Shown here piece after piece: positions 9,515 to 18,093 of a DNA stretch of 52,725 bases (positions are counted from its first letter, which is position 1; every line of letters starts with the position of its first letter). The translations under genes and the position numbers were made by a program. This stretch comes from an uncultured Pseudomonadales bacterium (GTDB lineage: Bacteria; Patescibacteriota; Microgenomatia; UBA1400; PJMF01): positions 1-52,725 of the forward strand of contig CAZOWX010000010.1 in assembly GCA_964583795.1 (NCBI GenBank), written 5' to 3'. The notes under the pieces are model-generated. The model was not told the DNA's origin and did no database searches. It saw nothing but the letters and a program-made list of their open reading frames with translations.

Positions 9515-9966
9515 TCCCCAATAGCATAGCGCACGAATCGCTTGATTTCCATCTTTTCACCGATCTTTCCAGAAAGCTCTTTGACCAGCTCTTCAATGGT
9601 TTGTTTGGGGTTACGGTTGTACTGTTGCTTCAAGAGTTCTTCGACTGATTCGGGAGCCATACTGGCAACCTGCATGGCGACTTCTCTTCCCATGTTTAAG
9701 AATTCCTCGTTGCGAGCGACGAAATCTGTTTCACAGTTAATCTCGACAATAGAAGCGACTTTATTCATATGAACGTATGAAGCAATAATACCTTCTTTTG
9801 CTTCTCGATCGGCCTTTTTAGCGGCTTTAGCAAGACCACGTTGTCTGACCCACTCTGCTGCCTTGTCCATGTCTCCATTTGACTCTTCGAGCGCTTTTTT
9901 GGCATCCATCACTCCAGCGCCGGTTTTTTCGCGTAATTGTTTGATTTGATCCATGGAAATTGACAT
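9511..9966 (-). CDS. tsf: elongation factor Ts (very short form, 151 aa)
   Basis: IKQLREKTGAGVMDAKKAL.ES.GD.DKA.EW.R (UBA-like N-terminus), then VEINCETDFVARNEEF. The start was chosen at the ATG at 9966, which is preceded by AAGGA. Confidence 0.9.
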   Translation of the reverse strand: MSISMDQIKQLREKTGAGVMDAKKALEESNGDMDKAAEWVRQRGLAKAAKKADREAKEGIIASYVHMNKVASIVEINCETDFVARNEEFLNMGREVAMQVASMAPESVEELLKQQYNRNPKQTIEELVKELSGKIGEKMEIKRFVRYAIGE

Positions 9967-9983
9967 AGAGTAAAATTCCTTAT

Positions 9984-10167
9984 TAGACTTGTAGCGAAAT
10001 AACAATCTTGTTTGAAATGCGCCTATTTGAGTTTTTTCTTTGCTTTTTTCTTCTCAAGTAACGCTGCTACTATCGTCGAAAAGAAGCTCGAAAAATTCGC
10101 CTGTGCCCGTTATTAGGGTGCAAATATGCATCATTTCAATTCAATTTCTTATTTCACTACAAGTCTA
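9984..10167. repeat. 19-bp inverted repeat (18/19 match) bracketing the rpsB-tsf spacer
   Basis: tagacttgtagcgaaataa (9984-10002) against ttatttcactacaagtcta (10149-10167). Confidence 0.75.
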
Positions 10168-10220
10168 TTATTCTAATTTTTAATTATTCTAAATGATTGA
10201 GAAACAATTCTCAAAAAAAT

Positions 10221-11048
10221 CTAGCGTGCAGCTTTTCCAGCTTTGTAGGCCTCTGCAATAGTGTGGACGATCAACTTGATACTGCGAGCAGCATCGTCAT
10301 TGGCTGGGACAACGATATCCACGTTTGAAGGATCATCGTTACTGTCCACCATTGCAATCACTGGAATTTTAGCTTGATTGGCCTCTAAAATAGCAGTTTT
10401 CTCTCGTCCGATGTCAACGACAAATAAAGCGTCAGGAGTAGTTTTTAAATCAGCTACACCACCGAAAAAGCGCTCAAGGCGAGCCACCTCTTTTTCGATT
10501 AATAACTTCTCCATTTTGGTGTAGTGTTTGTACTTACCTTCCTTGAGATCATTTTTCATTTGAGTCATTGAACGCACCGATTTCGAAACTTGTTCCCAAT
10601 TGGTCACAAAACCACCAAGCCAACGGTTAACGATGTACATAGCGCCTGCTTGAACTGCTTCTTCGCGTACAATGTCCTTTGCTTGGCGTTTTGTACCGAC
10701 AAATACGATGTTTTTTCCTGCTTTGGCAAGTTCGTACACTTTTAGAGCAGCTAGGCGAAGCTGTTTTTCGGTGATGATCAAATCAAAGATATGCACGCCA
10801 TCTTTTTTTGCATAAATGTACGGAGCCATTTTGGGGTGCCAACGCTTTGCTTGGTGGCCAAAATGACATCCAGCTTCGAGGAGTTGGTGAACGTCATATT
10901 CAGGGGAAAATGTCGTAGAAGCAACTGCTCCAGCTTTTTTTGTTGCTGGTGCTGTTTTAGTAATTTGCGCCTCCTCTTTTGGAGTCGCTTTGGTATCAGT
11001 GGCAACTGTATCTGCCATAAAAACCGCCTTTCGCCGCTCATCCGTCAT
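10221..11048 (-). CDS. rpsB: 30S ribosomal protein S2 with an ~40-aa Lys/Thr/Ala-rich N-terminal extension
   Basis: LLEAGCHFGHQ..RW.PKM..YI, FVGTKRQA, and NRWLGG..TN. The start is uncertain, either 11048 or 11018. Confidence 0.95.
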   Translation of the reverse strand: MTDERRKAVFMADTVATDTKATPKEEAQITKTAPATKKAGAVASTTFSPEYDVHQLLEAGCHFGHQAKRWHPKMAPYIYAKKDGVHIFDLIITEKQLRLAALKVYELAKAGKNIVFVGTKRQAKDIVREEAVQAGAMYIVNRWLGGFVTNWEQVSKSVRSMTQMKNDLKEGKYKHYTKMEKLLIEKEVARLERFFGGVADLKTTPDALFVVDIGREKTAILEANQAKIPVIAMVDSNDDPSNVDIVVPANDDAARSIKLIVHTIAEAYKAGKAAR

Positions 11049-11063
11049 CCCGCTAAGCGGGAC
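11043..11063 (+). repeat. small member of the CGTCATCC-hairpin family
   Basis: cgtcatcccgc taa gcgggac. The ATG of the longest rpsB ORF is the reverse complement of its GTCAT. Confidence 0.5.
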
Positions 11064-11093
11064 AAGGTGGTTGTAACCGGATGATGTGTATTT

Positions 11094-11128
11094 AGTTAAT
11101 AGTAAACAGTTAACAGTGAATAGTTAAC
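11094..11128. repeat. 7-nt-phased tract (5 units)
   Basis: agttaat agtaaac agttaac agtgaat agttaac, lying between the rpsB start and the folD stop. Confidence 0.8.
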
Positions 11129-11138
11129 TGGGAAACAA

Positions 11139-12056
11139 TTAGGAGGCTGAATTATAGCAAAGCTCGATCACGTTCTCAAGTAGGCAGATCACCGTCACTG
11201 GTCCTACTCCATTGGGAACCGGCGTGATGAATGTTGCAGCTGAAGCAATATGTTCAAAATCAACATCCCCTTGAGGAAAACCAGCATCGATAATGATGCT
11301 GCCACTGCGAATCATCGATTCAGTTATCAAGTTGTGTATGCCCGTTGAGCTAATAATAGTAGTGAACTCCCGAAGTTGTTGTGGTGAATTCAGCAGTGTG
11401 CCTAACTCTTTTTGGCCAGCTAACTGGACCTTTGGCCAGCCTAGATGTTGCAGTTCAAAAAACAGTGGAGTTCCCAAGAGTTCTGAGCGTCCTACAATTA
11501 TCGCTGGCTCTTGATCAAGCTGTTGAGGTGTGTGTTGTTGGACAGATTTCAGAATACTCAAGACAGCTCGGCACGTGGCTGGCAGAACCAGCTTTTGTTG
11601 TTGCCAAGTACCTGTTTTCACTGCTTCAAGTGTTTCTGGATGCAGACCATCAATATCTTTGTTGAGAGGAATTTCACTGGTCAATGTATGCCACCAGGTT
11701 TGAAAATCTTCAAAAGAATCAGCTGAATGCAGTTGGGCTTTTTGCCAGTTAGCACGCCAAGGTTTTTGAATGATGATGCCAGTAATTTGAGGATCATTCG
11801 CAAATGATTGAACCAGCTTTATAAGTTCTTCAATTGGTTTCGTTAAGCTGGTTTGAACGATGTCGTACACGATACCTAATCGAGCAGCGACGGTTTGTTT
11901 TTCTTGAGAGTAGACCAGTCCGCCTTGATCTTCAGTGAAGACCAAACAGCCCACATGCGGAGTGATGCCTGGCACAGTTGATTTGAGCTGGTGGATGCGA
12001 GCGAGCAACTGTGCCTCTTTTTGGGCTGCAAACTGCTTGCCATCGAAAATTAACAT
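11139..12056 (-). CDS. folD: bifunctional methylene-THF dehydrogenase / methenyl-THF cyclohydrolase
   Basis: MLIFDGK.FA...., VGRSELLG.P and ITPVPNGVGPVT...LLENV. Confidence 0.88.
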   Translation of the reverse strand: MLIFDGKQFAAQKEAQLLARIHQLKSTVPGITPHVGCLVFTEDQGGLVYSQEKQTVAARLGIVYDIVQTSLTKPIEELIKLVQSFANDPQITGIIIQKPWRANWQKAQLHSADSFEDFQTWWHTLTSEIPLNKDIDGLHPETLEAVKTGTWQQQKLVLPATCRAVLSILKSVQQHTPQQLDQEPAIIVGRSELLGTPLFFELQHLGWPKVQLAGQKELGTLLNSPQQLREFTTIISSTGIHNLITESMIRSGSIIIDAGFPQGDVDFEHIASAATFITPVPNGVGPVTVICLLENVIELCYNSAS

Positions 12057-12133
12057 GTGGGTATTATAACGTAATTATTTGGGAAAATTGATTGATGTGG
12101 TTGAATTGACTACAAGTTCTCTTTTTCAACTCG

Positions 12134-12161
12134 CTACAAGCTACAGGCCTCAAGCTGCCCT
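12134..12161. repeat. 7-nt-phased tract, CTACAAG type
   Basis: ctacaag ctacagg cctcaag ctgccct. Confidence 0.75.
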
Positions 12162-12169
12162 CCTTCGTA

Positions 12170-12240
12170 CTTGAAATGATAACTTGACTGTTAGTCAGGT
12201 TTTCATTCAGGTTACTTTCGGCGGGCGAGCAAGTGACACG
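12170..12240 (+). repeat. ~70-nt structured repeat element, copy A (candidate small RNA or MITE core)
   Basis: About 77% identical by hand alignment to 34612-34681. It folds as nested hairpins, and the substitutions between copies stay paired only as G-U on the plus strand. Confidence 0.6.
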
Positions 12241-12289
12241 TGCCGTTCCCTTTCAAAGAGCTCTATTTGTCAGTAAATGCAACCAGTGA

Positions 12290-12375
12290 CCATTAATCCA
12301 CAATCCATAATCTACAATCTACCGTGTTCCGCGTAGCCTCTAGCGAAGTGGGATCATCCATCATCCATTATCATT
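12290..12375. repeat. 7-nt-phased tracts plus a solo copy of the cassette arm TCCATCATCCATTATC
   Basis: ccattaa tccacaa tccataa tctacaa tctaccg (12290-12324). The segment 12357-12372 is an exact 16-nt match to the right arm of the 24.2-24.6 kb cassette and overlaps the nfo stop codon. Confidence 0.8.
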
Positions 12376-13228
12376 GAATCAGTTTTTTCAGCCGGTCGAT
12401 GTTGGCTTTGTCAGGGCCGTGACCATCAAGTCCAGGGACTTCAAGAATCAAAGGGATTTGTTCGAGTTGTTTGAGGTTCAAAAAATGCTCAAGATCTTCT
12501 GTCGGAATACTGCCTTCACCAAGATTTTCGTGTCGATCTTTGTGTGAAGCAAAGGGATCGCGACTATCGTTGACGTGCACACACCCAAGTGATGCCCACA
12601 AATTAAATTTTTCAATTTCATCTTCTGCAATTCCAATTGATCCATCTGCATACTTTGATTTAGGATTCAGCTGATATCCCGCACAAAACGCGTGGCAGGT
12701 ATCAAAACACCACCCCAACCGTTTTGATTTCACTTGGTCCATGAGCCATCGAATATCTTCCAAATCTGTGGTGAGTTTACCGTTCTGGCCAGCTGAGTTT
12801 TCGATCAAAAATGTTGAATTTTCTGGAGAATTTTCTAAAATTGTGGTAATACTTTTCGCAACTTGGTTGCGCATTTTTTCCCAGCCTCGTCCTTGGTGAC
12901 TACCTAGATGGACGACTACACCGCTTCCCTTGATTTCGCTATCAAATTTCAGCTCATAAGTTAGTGCTGCAATCGATTTTTTCAGTGATTCTGGATTATC
13001 AGTTGCTAAGTTGACTAAGTACAATGCGTGAGTCACGAGTGGGGTGACTGGAAAATCCTTTTGAGCTTCAAATAGTTTTTTGGTATCAAAACTTTCGAGT
13101 GACGGTTTTTTCCATACTCGTGGACTAGCAGAAAAAATTTGAGCGCAGTTGGCTCCGATTTCATCTGCCCGTTGTATAGCTTTATGCAGTCCCCCTGCAG
13201 CACTGACGTGAGCTCCGAGTTTTCGCAT
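12371..13228 (-). CDS. nfo: endonuclease IV (AP endonuclease)
   Basis: GAHVS.AGG, Q.FS.SPR.W, the HA.YL.NLA series, HLGSH, NSAGQ, FDTCHAF and H.NDS. This is the TIM-barrel metal-site pattern. Confidence 0.93.
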   Translation of the reverse strand: MRKLGAHVSAAGGLHKAIQRADEIGANCAQIFSASPRVWKKPSLESFDTKKLFEAQKDFPVTPLVTHALYLVNLATDNPESLKKSIAALTYELKFDSEIKGSGVVVHLGSHQGRGWEKMRNQVAKSITTILENSPENSTFLIENSAGQNGKLTTDLEDIRWLMDQVKSKRLGWCFDTCHAFCAGYQLNPKSKYADGSIGIAEDEIEKFNLWASLGCVHVNDSRDPFASHKDRHENLGEGSIPTEDLEHFLNLKQLEQIPLILEVPGLDGHGPDKANIDRLKKLIQ

Positions 13229-13251
13229 AGATTCTCCTTATTTTTAAAAGC

Positions 13252-13734
13252 TTAGTGTTTTGGTCTGCGGATAGCGCAAATGGTATTGTACCGTTTTGAA
13301 AGAATGATGTCACAAAGTGGTTGCTCGAACACTCCTCCCCCATTTGGGTGTTTTTTGCCATTTTTCCCATAACGTGAGGCATGAGCGATGAGATGTGTCT
13401 GCGTGTCAATGCACACTCCGACGTGCAGATTGTAGATGAGTGGATCTTGAATATGCTGTATCGGTCGAGGTCCAAGCAAAACAATATCCCCTCTTATGAG
13501 TTGTTCAACACTGTCTATCCGATCAACCCATACTCCTCGACCAGCACTACGACGATAGAGTTCGGCACTTCGCAACCACTTAGGTAGGCCAAAACCAAGC
13601 TCTTCTAAAAGTACGTGAGCAAAGAGTTCGCAATTAAAGTGCGGTTCATTGTCACGAAAACAACTACCACTGCTTAGAGGGCTCTGTGCATAACAATAAC
13701 TGACTTCACTCAGTGCTGGTGTAAATAGTTCCAA
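13252..13734 (-). CDS. NlpC/P60-like (C40) putative cell-wall hydrolase
   Basis: 160 aa. A Cys context (FNCELFAHVLL), GDIVLLG and a His context (LHVGVCI) resemble the NlpC/P60 catalytic pattern. The start codon is TTG. Confidence 0.5.
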   Translation of the reverse strand: MELFTPALSEVSYCYAQSPLSSGSCFRDNEPHFNCELFAHVLLEELGFGLPKWLRSAELYRRSAGRGVWVDRIDSVEQLIRGDIVLLGPRPIQHIQDPLIYNLHVGVCIDTQTHLIAHASRYGKNGKKHPNGGGVFEQPLCDIILSKRYNTICAIRRPKH

Positions 13735-13751
13735 GAATTACAACATTGGGG

Positions 13752-15104
13752 TTACCAGGCAAATAATGGAAACTCTTTGGTCATCTGTTTCACTTCGTCA
13801 AAAATACTCAGTAGCACTTTATCTTTCTGAATATCTTGAATAAATGTGTTGACGAATGATTGGCGGTCCAGTTTATTTTCTGGTAATTCGTATTGCTTCA
13901 CATGGTTGGCTACTTGAGCAATCCATTTGGCAATCTGTTTCATCTCCCTCACTTTCATACCACGTGTGGTGACGAGTGGAGTGCCCAGACGAATTCCTGA
14001 TGGATAAAACGGTGATACTGGTTCATTGGGAATGGTATTGCGGTTGGCATAGAGTCCTGCTACATCCATAGCGACTGCAACCTGTTTTCCCAGACCGTAC
14101 CCTAACTGCGTAAGATCGATCAACATCAAATGCGTTTCCGTGCCATTGCCAACCAGTTTTAGTCCTTCACTTTGTAGTGCTTCGGAGAGCGCGTTGGCGT
14201 TGGTACGAATTTGCTTCGCGTAGCGGGTGAAGGCTTTGGTGCTGGCTTCTTTGGCAGCGATGGCGATAGCAGCGGTTGTGGCGTTGTGCGGCCCTCCTTG
14301 CATCCCAGGGATAATGGCAGCATTTAATTTTCTGCCCAACTGAGGATCACGATCAAGTCCACGTTGTGTGGCGAGAATCATCGCTCCACGCGGTCCGCGG
14401 AAAGTTTTATGCGTAGTACTCATGATGACATCAGCGTACGGTACTGGTGAGGGATGTTCTCCTCCGATCACCAGGCCGGTAATATGAGAGATATCACAGA
14501 CCAGCCATGCACCAACTTCATCAGCAATGTCTCGAAATGCTTTAAAATCCAGCACAAAAGGATAAGCGGTATTCCCTGCCATGATCACCTGTGGTTTATG
14601 TTTTTTGGCAAGTGTCCGGACTTCGTCAAAATCAATGCGAGCTTTCTTGTTGAGTCCGAACTGGATGCTATTATAAAAACGACCCGACGCTGTTACTTTG
14701 GGATGACCGTGAGTTAAATGTCCACCCATTACCAGTTTAAGCCCCATCAAGGTCTCACCTGGATTCATCAGGGCAAAATAAATCGCTGCATTGGCTGGTG
14801 AGCCTGAGTACGGTTGCACATTAACGTAGGGGACATTGAACAATTTTTGTACTCTATTTATCGCTTCGGTCTCAATTTTATCAACAATCTGACTGCCTTC
14901 GTAATAGCGGGCATCACTGTAGCCTTCTGAGTATTTGTTTGATAAACAAGAGGAAAGCACTGCAGAAACTTCCGGTGAGGCGTTGTTCTCTGAAGGGATC
15001 AGTCCAATTTTTTGTTTTTGTCGTTTTTCTTCCGCTTTGATAAGCGAAAAGATAGTATCTTGCTTTGGTTTTTGGGTGTTGGTTTTTGGTTGTTGGTTTA
15101 CCAT
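13752..15104 (-). CDS. glyA: serine hydroxymethyltransferase
   Basis: LIPSEN..SPEV, YSEGY...RYY.G, GGHLTHG and TTHKTFRGPRGA (PLP lysine). Confidence 0.96.
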   Translation of the reverse strand: MVNQQPKTNTQKPKQDTIFSLIKAEEKRQKQKIGLIPSENNASPEVSAVLSSCLSNKYSEGYSDARYYEGSQIVDKIETEAINRVQKLFNVPYVNVQPYSGSPANAAIYFALMNPGETLMGLKLVMGGHLTHGHPKVTASGRFYNSIQFGLNKKARIDFDEVRTLAKKHKPQVIMAGNTAYPFVLDFKAFRDIADEVGAWLVCDISHITGLVIGGEHPSPVPYADVIMSTTHKTFRGPRGAMILATQRGLDRDPQLGRKLNAAIIPGMQGGPHNATTAAIAIAAKEASTKAFTRYAKQIRTNANALSEALQSEGLKLVGNGTETHLMLIDLTQLGYGLGKQVAVAMDVAGLYANRNTIPNEPVSPFYPSGIRLGTPLVTTRGMKVREMKQIAKWIAQVANHVKQYELPENKLDRQSFVNTFIQDIQKDKVLLSIFDEVKQMTKEFPLFAW

Positions 15105-15211
15105 GTTTTATCCTATCGATTTTAATAACTAGTAGTATAAGGAAAAGAAAATTTCGAACAAGAAGAAAGTTCTAAAGTGTCGAGCGAACAGTGGCGAAGC
15201 GAAGGGGGGAT

Positions 15212-15820
15212 TTAATCATGTCGACTCCAAAGATTCAGGTAAAACGCCGATTGATCTTGCGGAAAGCCAATTTGATTGAGTTGTTCCTGAATAGTCGCCA
15301 GATTGTCACTATCTTTACTCCACATGTCAGCCAGTTCAAACACCGTTTCACGAACTTCATTGGGGAAAATAATCCAAGCGTTGACTTCCTTAACAAAAAA
15401 ATCGGGACGAATAGTTGAGTGGGGTTTATGAAAAAAAACGGCGGTTTTTAGCGAAGCGATGCCCCGATGGTGTAAGTACTGCATGGCTGTTTGCATGGTT
15501 TTGCCAGAATCAACCAGATCATCAAAGAGTAACACTTTTTCACTTTTGAGCGACACTGGAATACTTTGAGTAATGACTGGCATAGCGCCAGGTGTGTTAA
15601 TGTTGTTGTAAAACTCGATGTGCAGAGAACTTACATCTTCAATGTTGAGATAATCAACGAGTGATCGCGAAAAAGTAAGTCCGCCTTTAGCGAGAGCAAT
15701 GACTCGGTCAAACTTCTCTCCACTTTCAACAATTTGTCGAGCCAAGGTGTAGATATCCTGTCCTTGCTCAGCCCAAGTTTGAAATTGATAGGAGATATTT
15801 TTAATAGTAACTGAGTTCAT
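15212..15820 (-). CDS. purine-type phosphoribosyltransferase family protein
   Basis: PRPP-binding motif VLLFDDLVDSGKTM. 202 aa. Confidence 0.8.
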   Translation of the reverse strand: MNSVTIKNISYQFQTWAEQGQDIYTLARQIVESGEKFDRVIALAKGGLTFSRSLVDYLNIEDVSSLHIEFYNNINTPGAMPVITQSIPVSLKSEKVLLFDDLVDSGKTMQTAMQYLHHRGIASLKTAVFFHKPHSTIRPDFFVKEVNAWIIFPNEVRETVFELADMWSKDSDNLATIQEQLNQIGFPQDQSAFYLNLWSRHD

Positions 15821-16005
15821 ATGGTTGGTTCGTCCTCTATTTTTTCGATTGTTTCTTCAAGGATTAAATCGCGAAGTAGAAGCAGTGTATCATTCCAGTC
15901 AACTTTGTCATAGGTACTTTTTCTTTATTGATTACAAGATTTAGAGTACTTATTGATTTCTGACTAAATTATACAAGGCTTTTACACTTGTTAATCAAGA
16001 ATAGC

Positions 16006-16165
16006 TCGTCATCCCGGCGGAAGCCGGGATCCATCATTACAGTCTGGATGCATATTTATATTGTTAGACGTCAAGGTTTTAACTCATTACTTTAATCAGT
16101 TTAAATTGTTTTGATTATTGTACATAAATTTGGGAAATGGATCCCGGCTTCCGCCGGGATGACGA
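16006..16165. repeat. pair of 29-bp hairpin repeats in inverted orientation flanking 102 bp (MITE-like)
   Basis: tcgtcatcccggcggaagccgggatccat (16006-16034) is the exact reverse complement of atggatcccggcttccgccgggatgacga (16137-16165). Each arm is itself a hairpin (ATCCCGGC/GCCGGGAT). Confidence 0.85.
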
Positions 16166-16268
16166 TCGTTATTTTTACTAAAAAGTTTGCAGATACCAAT
16201 ATTGCTTATGCTACTAAAAATCTGTTGAGTAGCACGATTATTTTAATTTCTGTCACTTATTCGTGATC

Positions 16269-17972
16269 TTATTTTTTTGTATTCTCAGTCGCTTTCAAAA
16301 ACTCAATAAACATCGCGTGAGGCTTCAGTGGCCGTGATTTGTATTCTGGATGAGCTTGAGTAGCGACAAAGAATGGGTGAATCTTTTTGGGTAACTCAAT
16401 CATCTCCACGAAAAAATCATCGGGCGACGTGCCGCTAATCACAAATCCTTTTTCTTCAAGGGCATTGCGATACTCATTATTAAACTCAAATCGATGGCGA
16501 TGACGCTCAGAGATGAGATGTTTCTTGGCATCTTTATATTGATGATGTTGCTGATACATTTGATCGATTAAAGTCCCTTTTTTGAGCACGCAGTCGTAGG
16601 CCCCTAAGCGCATACTTGCTCCATCCCCTTTAATTCTTTGATAGTGCGGATCAAAGGGAATGGCGTGAATGATAGGATCGGGAGTGTTCGGATCGACTTC
16701 TTGGGTGTGAGCTTGTTTGAGTCCAACTACGTTTCGTGCAAACTCAACTGCAGCAAGTTGCAATCCGTAACATAAACCCAAATACGGCACTTTGTGTTCA
16801 CGAGCATATTGGATGGCAGTAATTTTTCCTTCTACTCCTCTGCTTCCCCACCCGATTGGACAGATGATGCCATCAACTGATCGTAAATCTTTTTTGGCTT
16901 GGGCGTCGTTTTGTTCCAATTTTTCTGCATTGATAAACACCACTTCCAGTGCGACTTCATTTGCCCAGCTGGCATGATTCAACGCTTCGATGAGTGAGTG
17001 ATACGAATCAACCAGTTCATAATCACCGGTGGAAATATACTTTGCAATGATTCCGATACGCGTGGCATGTTTTTTGTCAGAGTGAATCTTGTCGATCAAT
17101 TTTCGCCAAGGTTTAAACTCACCATTGAGTTGCTTATATTTCAAAAATAATTTTTCTAACACTAACTCATCAAATCTTTGTTGTTGAAAGATCAGTGGCA
17201 ACTCGTAAATTGAGTCCATATCAGGATTAGAGATGACATGTTCTTTATTTAAGTTACAGTAAAAGGCTACTTTTTCCTTACGCTTGTCGTCAATCATGGT
17301 TTGGGCGCGACCAACAATGAAGTCGGGTTGAATCCCCATTGAGTTGAGCATTTTGACAGAGAGTTGGGTGGGTTTGGATTTGAGTTCGTGAATGTGTTCT
17401 GGAGAGGGAAAGTAAGTGACGTGAATATGAATCACATCTTTTGGTTGGCGCAGCTTCATCATACGATAGGTTTCGTAGTAGATAGCGTTTTGGTACTCTC
17501 CGGCAGTCCCGCCAAGCTCAACCAAAATAATATCAAAGCCTTCAGCTGCAAGTTGAATACGTCGAATGACCTCTTCTGGTACATAAGGAATGGCATCAAC
17601 TGTCGCGCCATTAAAAGTAAGATTTTTTGTGTCTTCAATCACTTTTAGGTATACCTGACCCATGGTGGTAAAGTTGCGATTTCCCACGTTTTCATCCAAG
17701 AAGCGCTCATAGGAACCTAAATCAAGATCAGCCTCGAGACCATCTTCGCACAGAAACACGTCACCATGCTCAATGGGATTAATGTTACCCGAATCAAGGT
17801 TAAGATAGTTTTCGCACTTAATATTAGTAACAGAGTACCCTTGGGCTTTAAGGAGGACCCCAAGAGATGCGGCGGTAATCCCCTTGCCAAGTCCACTCAG
17901 GACTCCGCCGGAGATGAAAATGTACTTGGGGGAATTGGTTGATGCTGTGGGTTTTTTTCCATGAATGCTCAT
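16269..17972 (-). CDS. pyrG: CTP synthase
   Basis: ISGGV.SGLGKGI and the glutaminase site GLCYGLQ...EFAR, plus H.HRFEFN. Confidence 0.97.
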   Translation of the reverse strand: MSIHGKKPTASTNSPKYIFISGGVLSGLGKGITAASLGVLLKAQGYSVTNIKCENYLNLDSGNINPIEHGDVFLCEDGLEADLDLGSYERFLDENVGNRNFTTMGQVYLKVIEDTKNLTFNGATVDAIPYVPEEVIRRIQLAAEGFDIILVELGGTAGEYQNAIYYETYRMMKLRQPKDVIHIHVTYFPSPEHIHELKSKPTQLSVKMLNSMGIQPDFIVGRAQTMIDDKRKEKVAFYCNLNKEHVISNPDMDSIYELPLIFQQQRFDELVLEKLFLKYKQLNGEFKPWRKLIDKIHSDKKHATRIGIIAKYISTGDYELVDSYHSLIEALNHASWANEVALEVVFINAEKLEQNDAQAKKDLRSVDGIICPIGWGSRGVEGKITAIQYAREHKVPYLGLCYGLQLAAVEFARNVVGLKQAHTQEVDPNTPDPIIHAIPFDPHYQRIKGDGASMRLGAYDCVLKKGTLIDQMYQQHHQYKDAKKHLISERHRHRFEFNNEYRNALEEKGFVISGTSPDDFFVEMIELPKKIHPFFVATQAHPEYKSRPLKPHAMFIEFLKATENTKK

Positions 17973-18027
17973 GGAGATACATTGTAGGTGAGATGGGATA
18001 GAGTGGCAAGTAGCTGTTTAGGGATCA

Positions 18028-18062
18028 GTATTAGGTATGAAGTGTAAAGTATTGAGAATGTG
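18028..18062. repeat. 7-nt-phased tract (5 units) upstream of pyrG
   Basis: gtattag gtatgaa gtgtaaa gtattga gaatgtg. Confidence 0.7.
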
Positions 18063-18093
18063 TTCGTTAAAAAATAGGTTCTTTTGAAGAAAG

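Noticed and set aside
12057-12370. THF or ZTP riboswitch upstream of folD
   Set aside because: The structured element here is duplicated upstream of lemA, where a folate or purine riboswitch makes no sense. It lacks the ZTP CCGCCTGGGC-type and THF consensus segments as I remember them. Its base pairing favours the strand antisense to folD.
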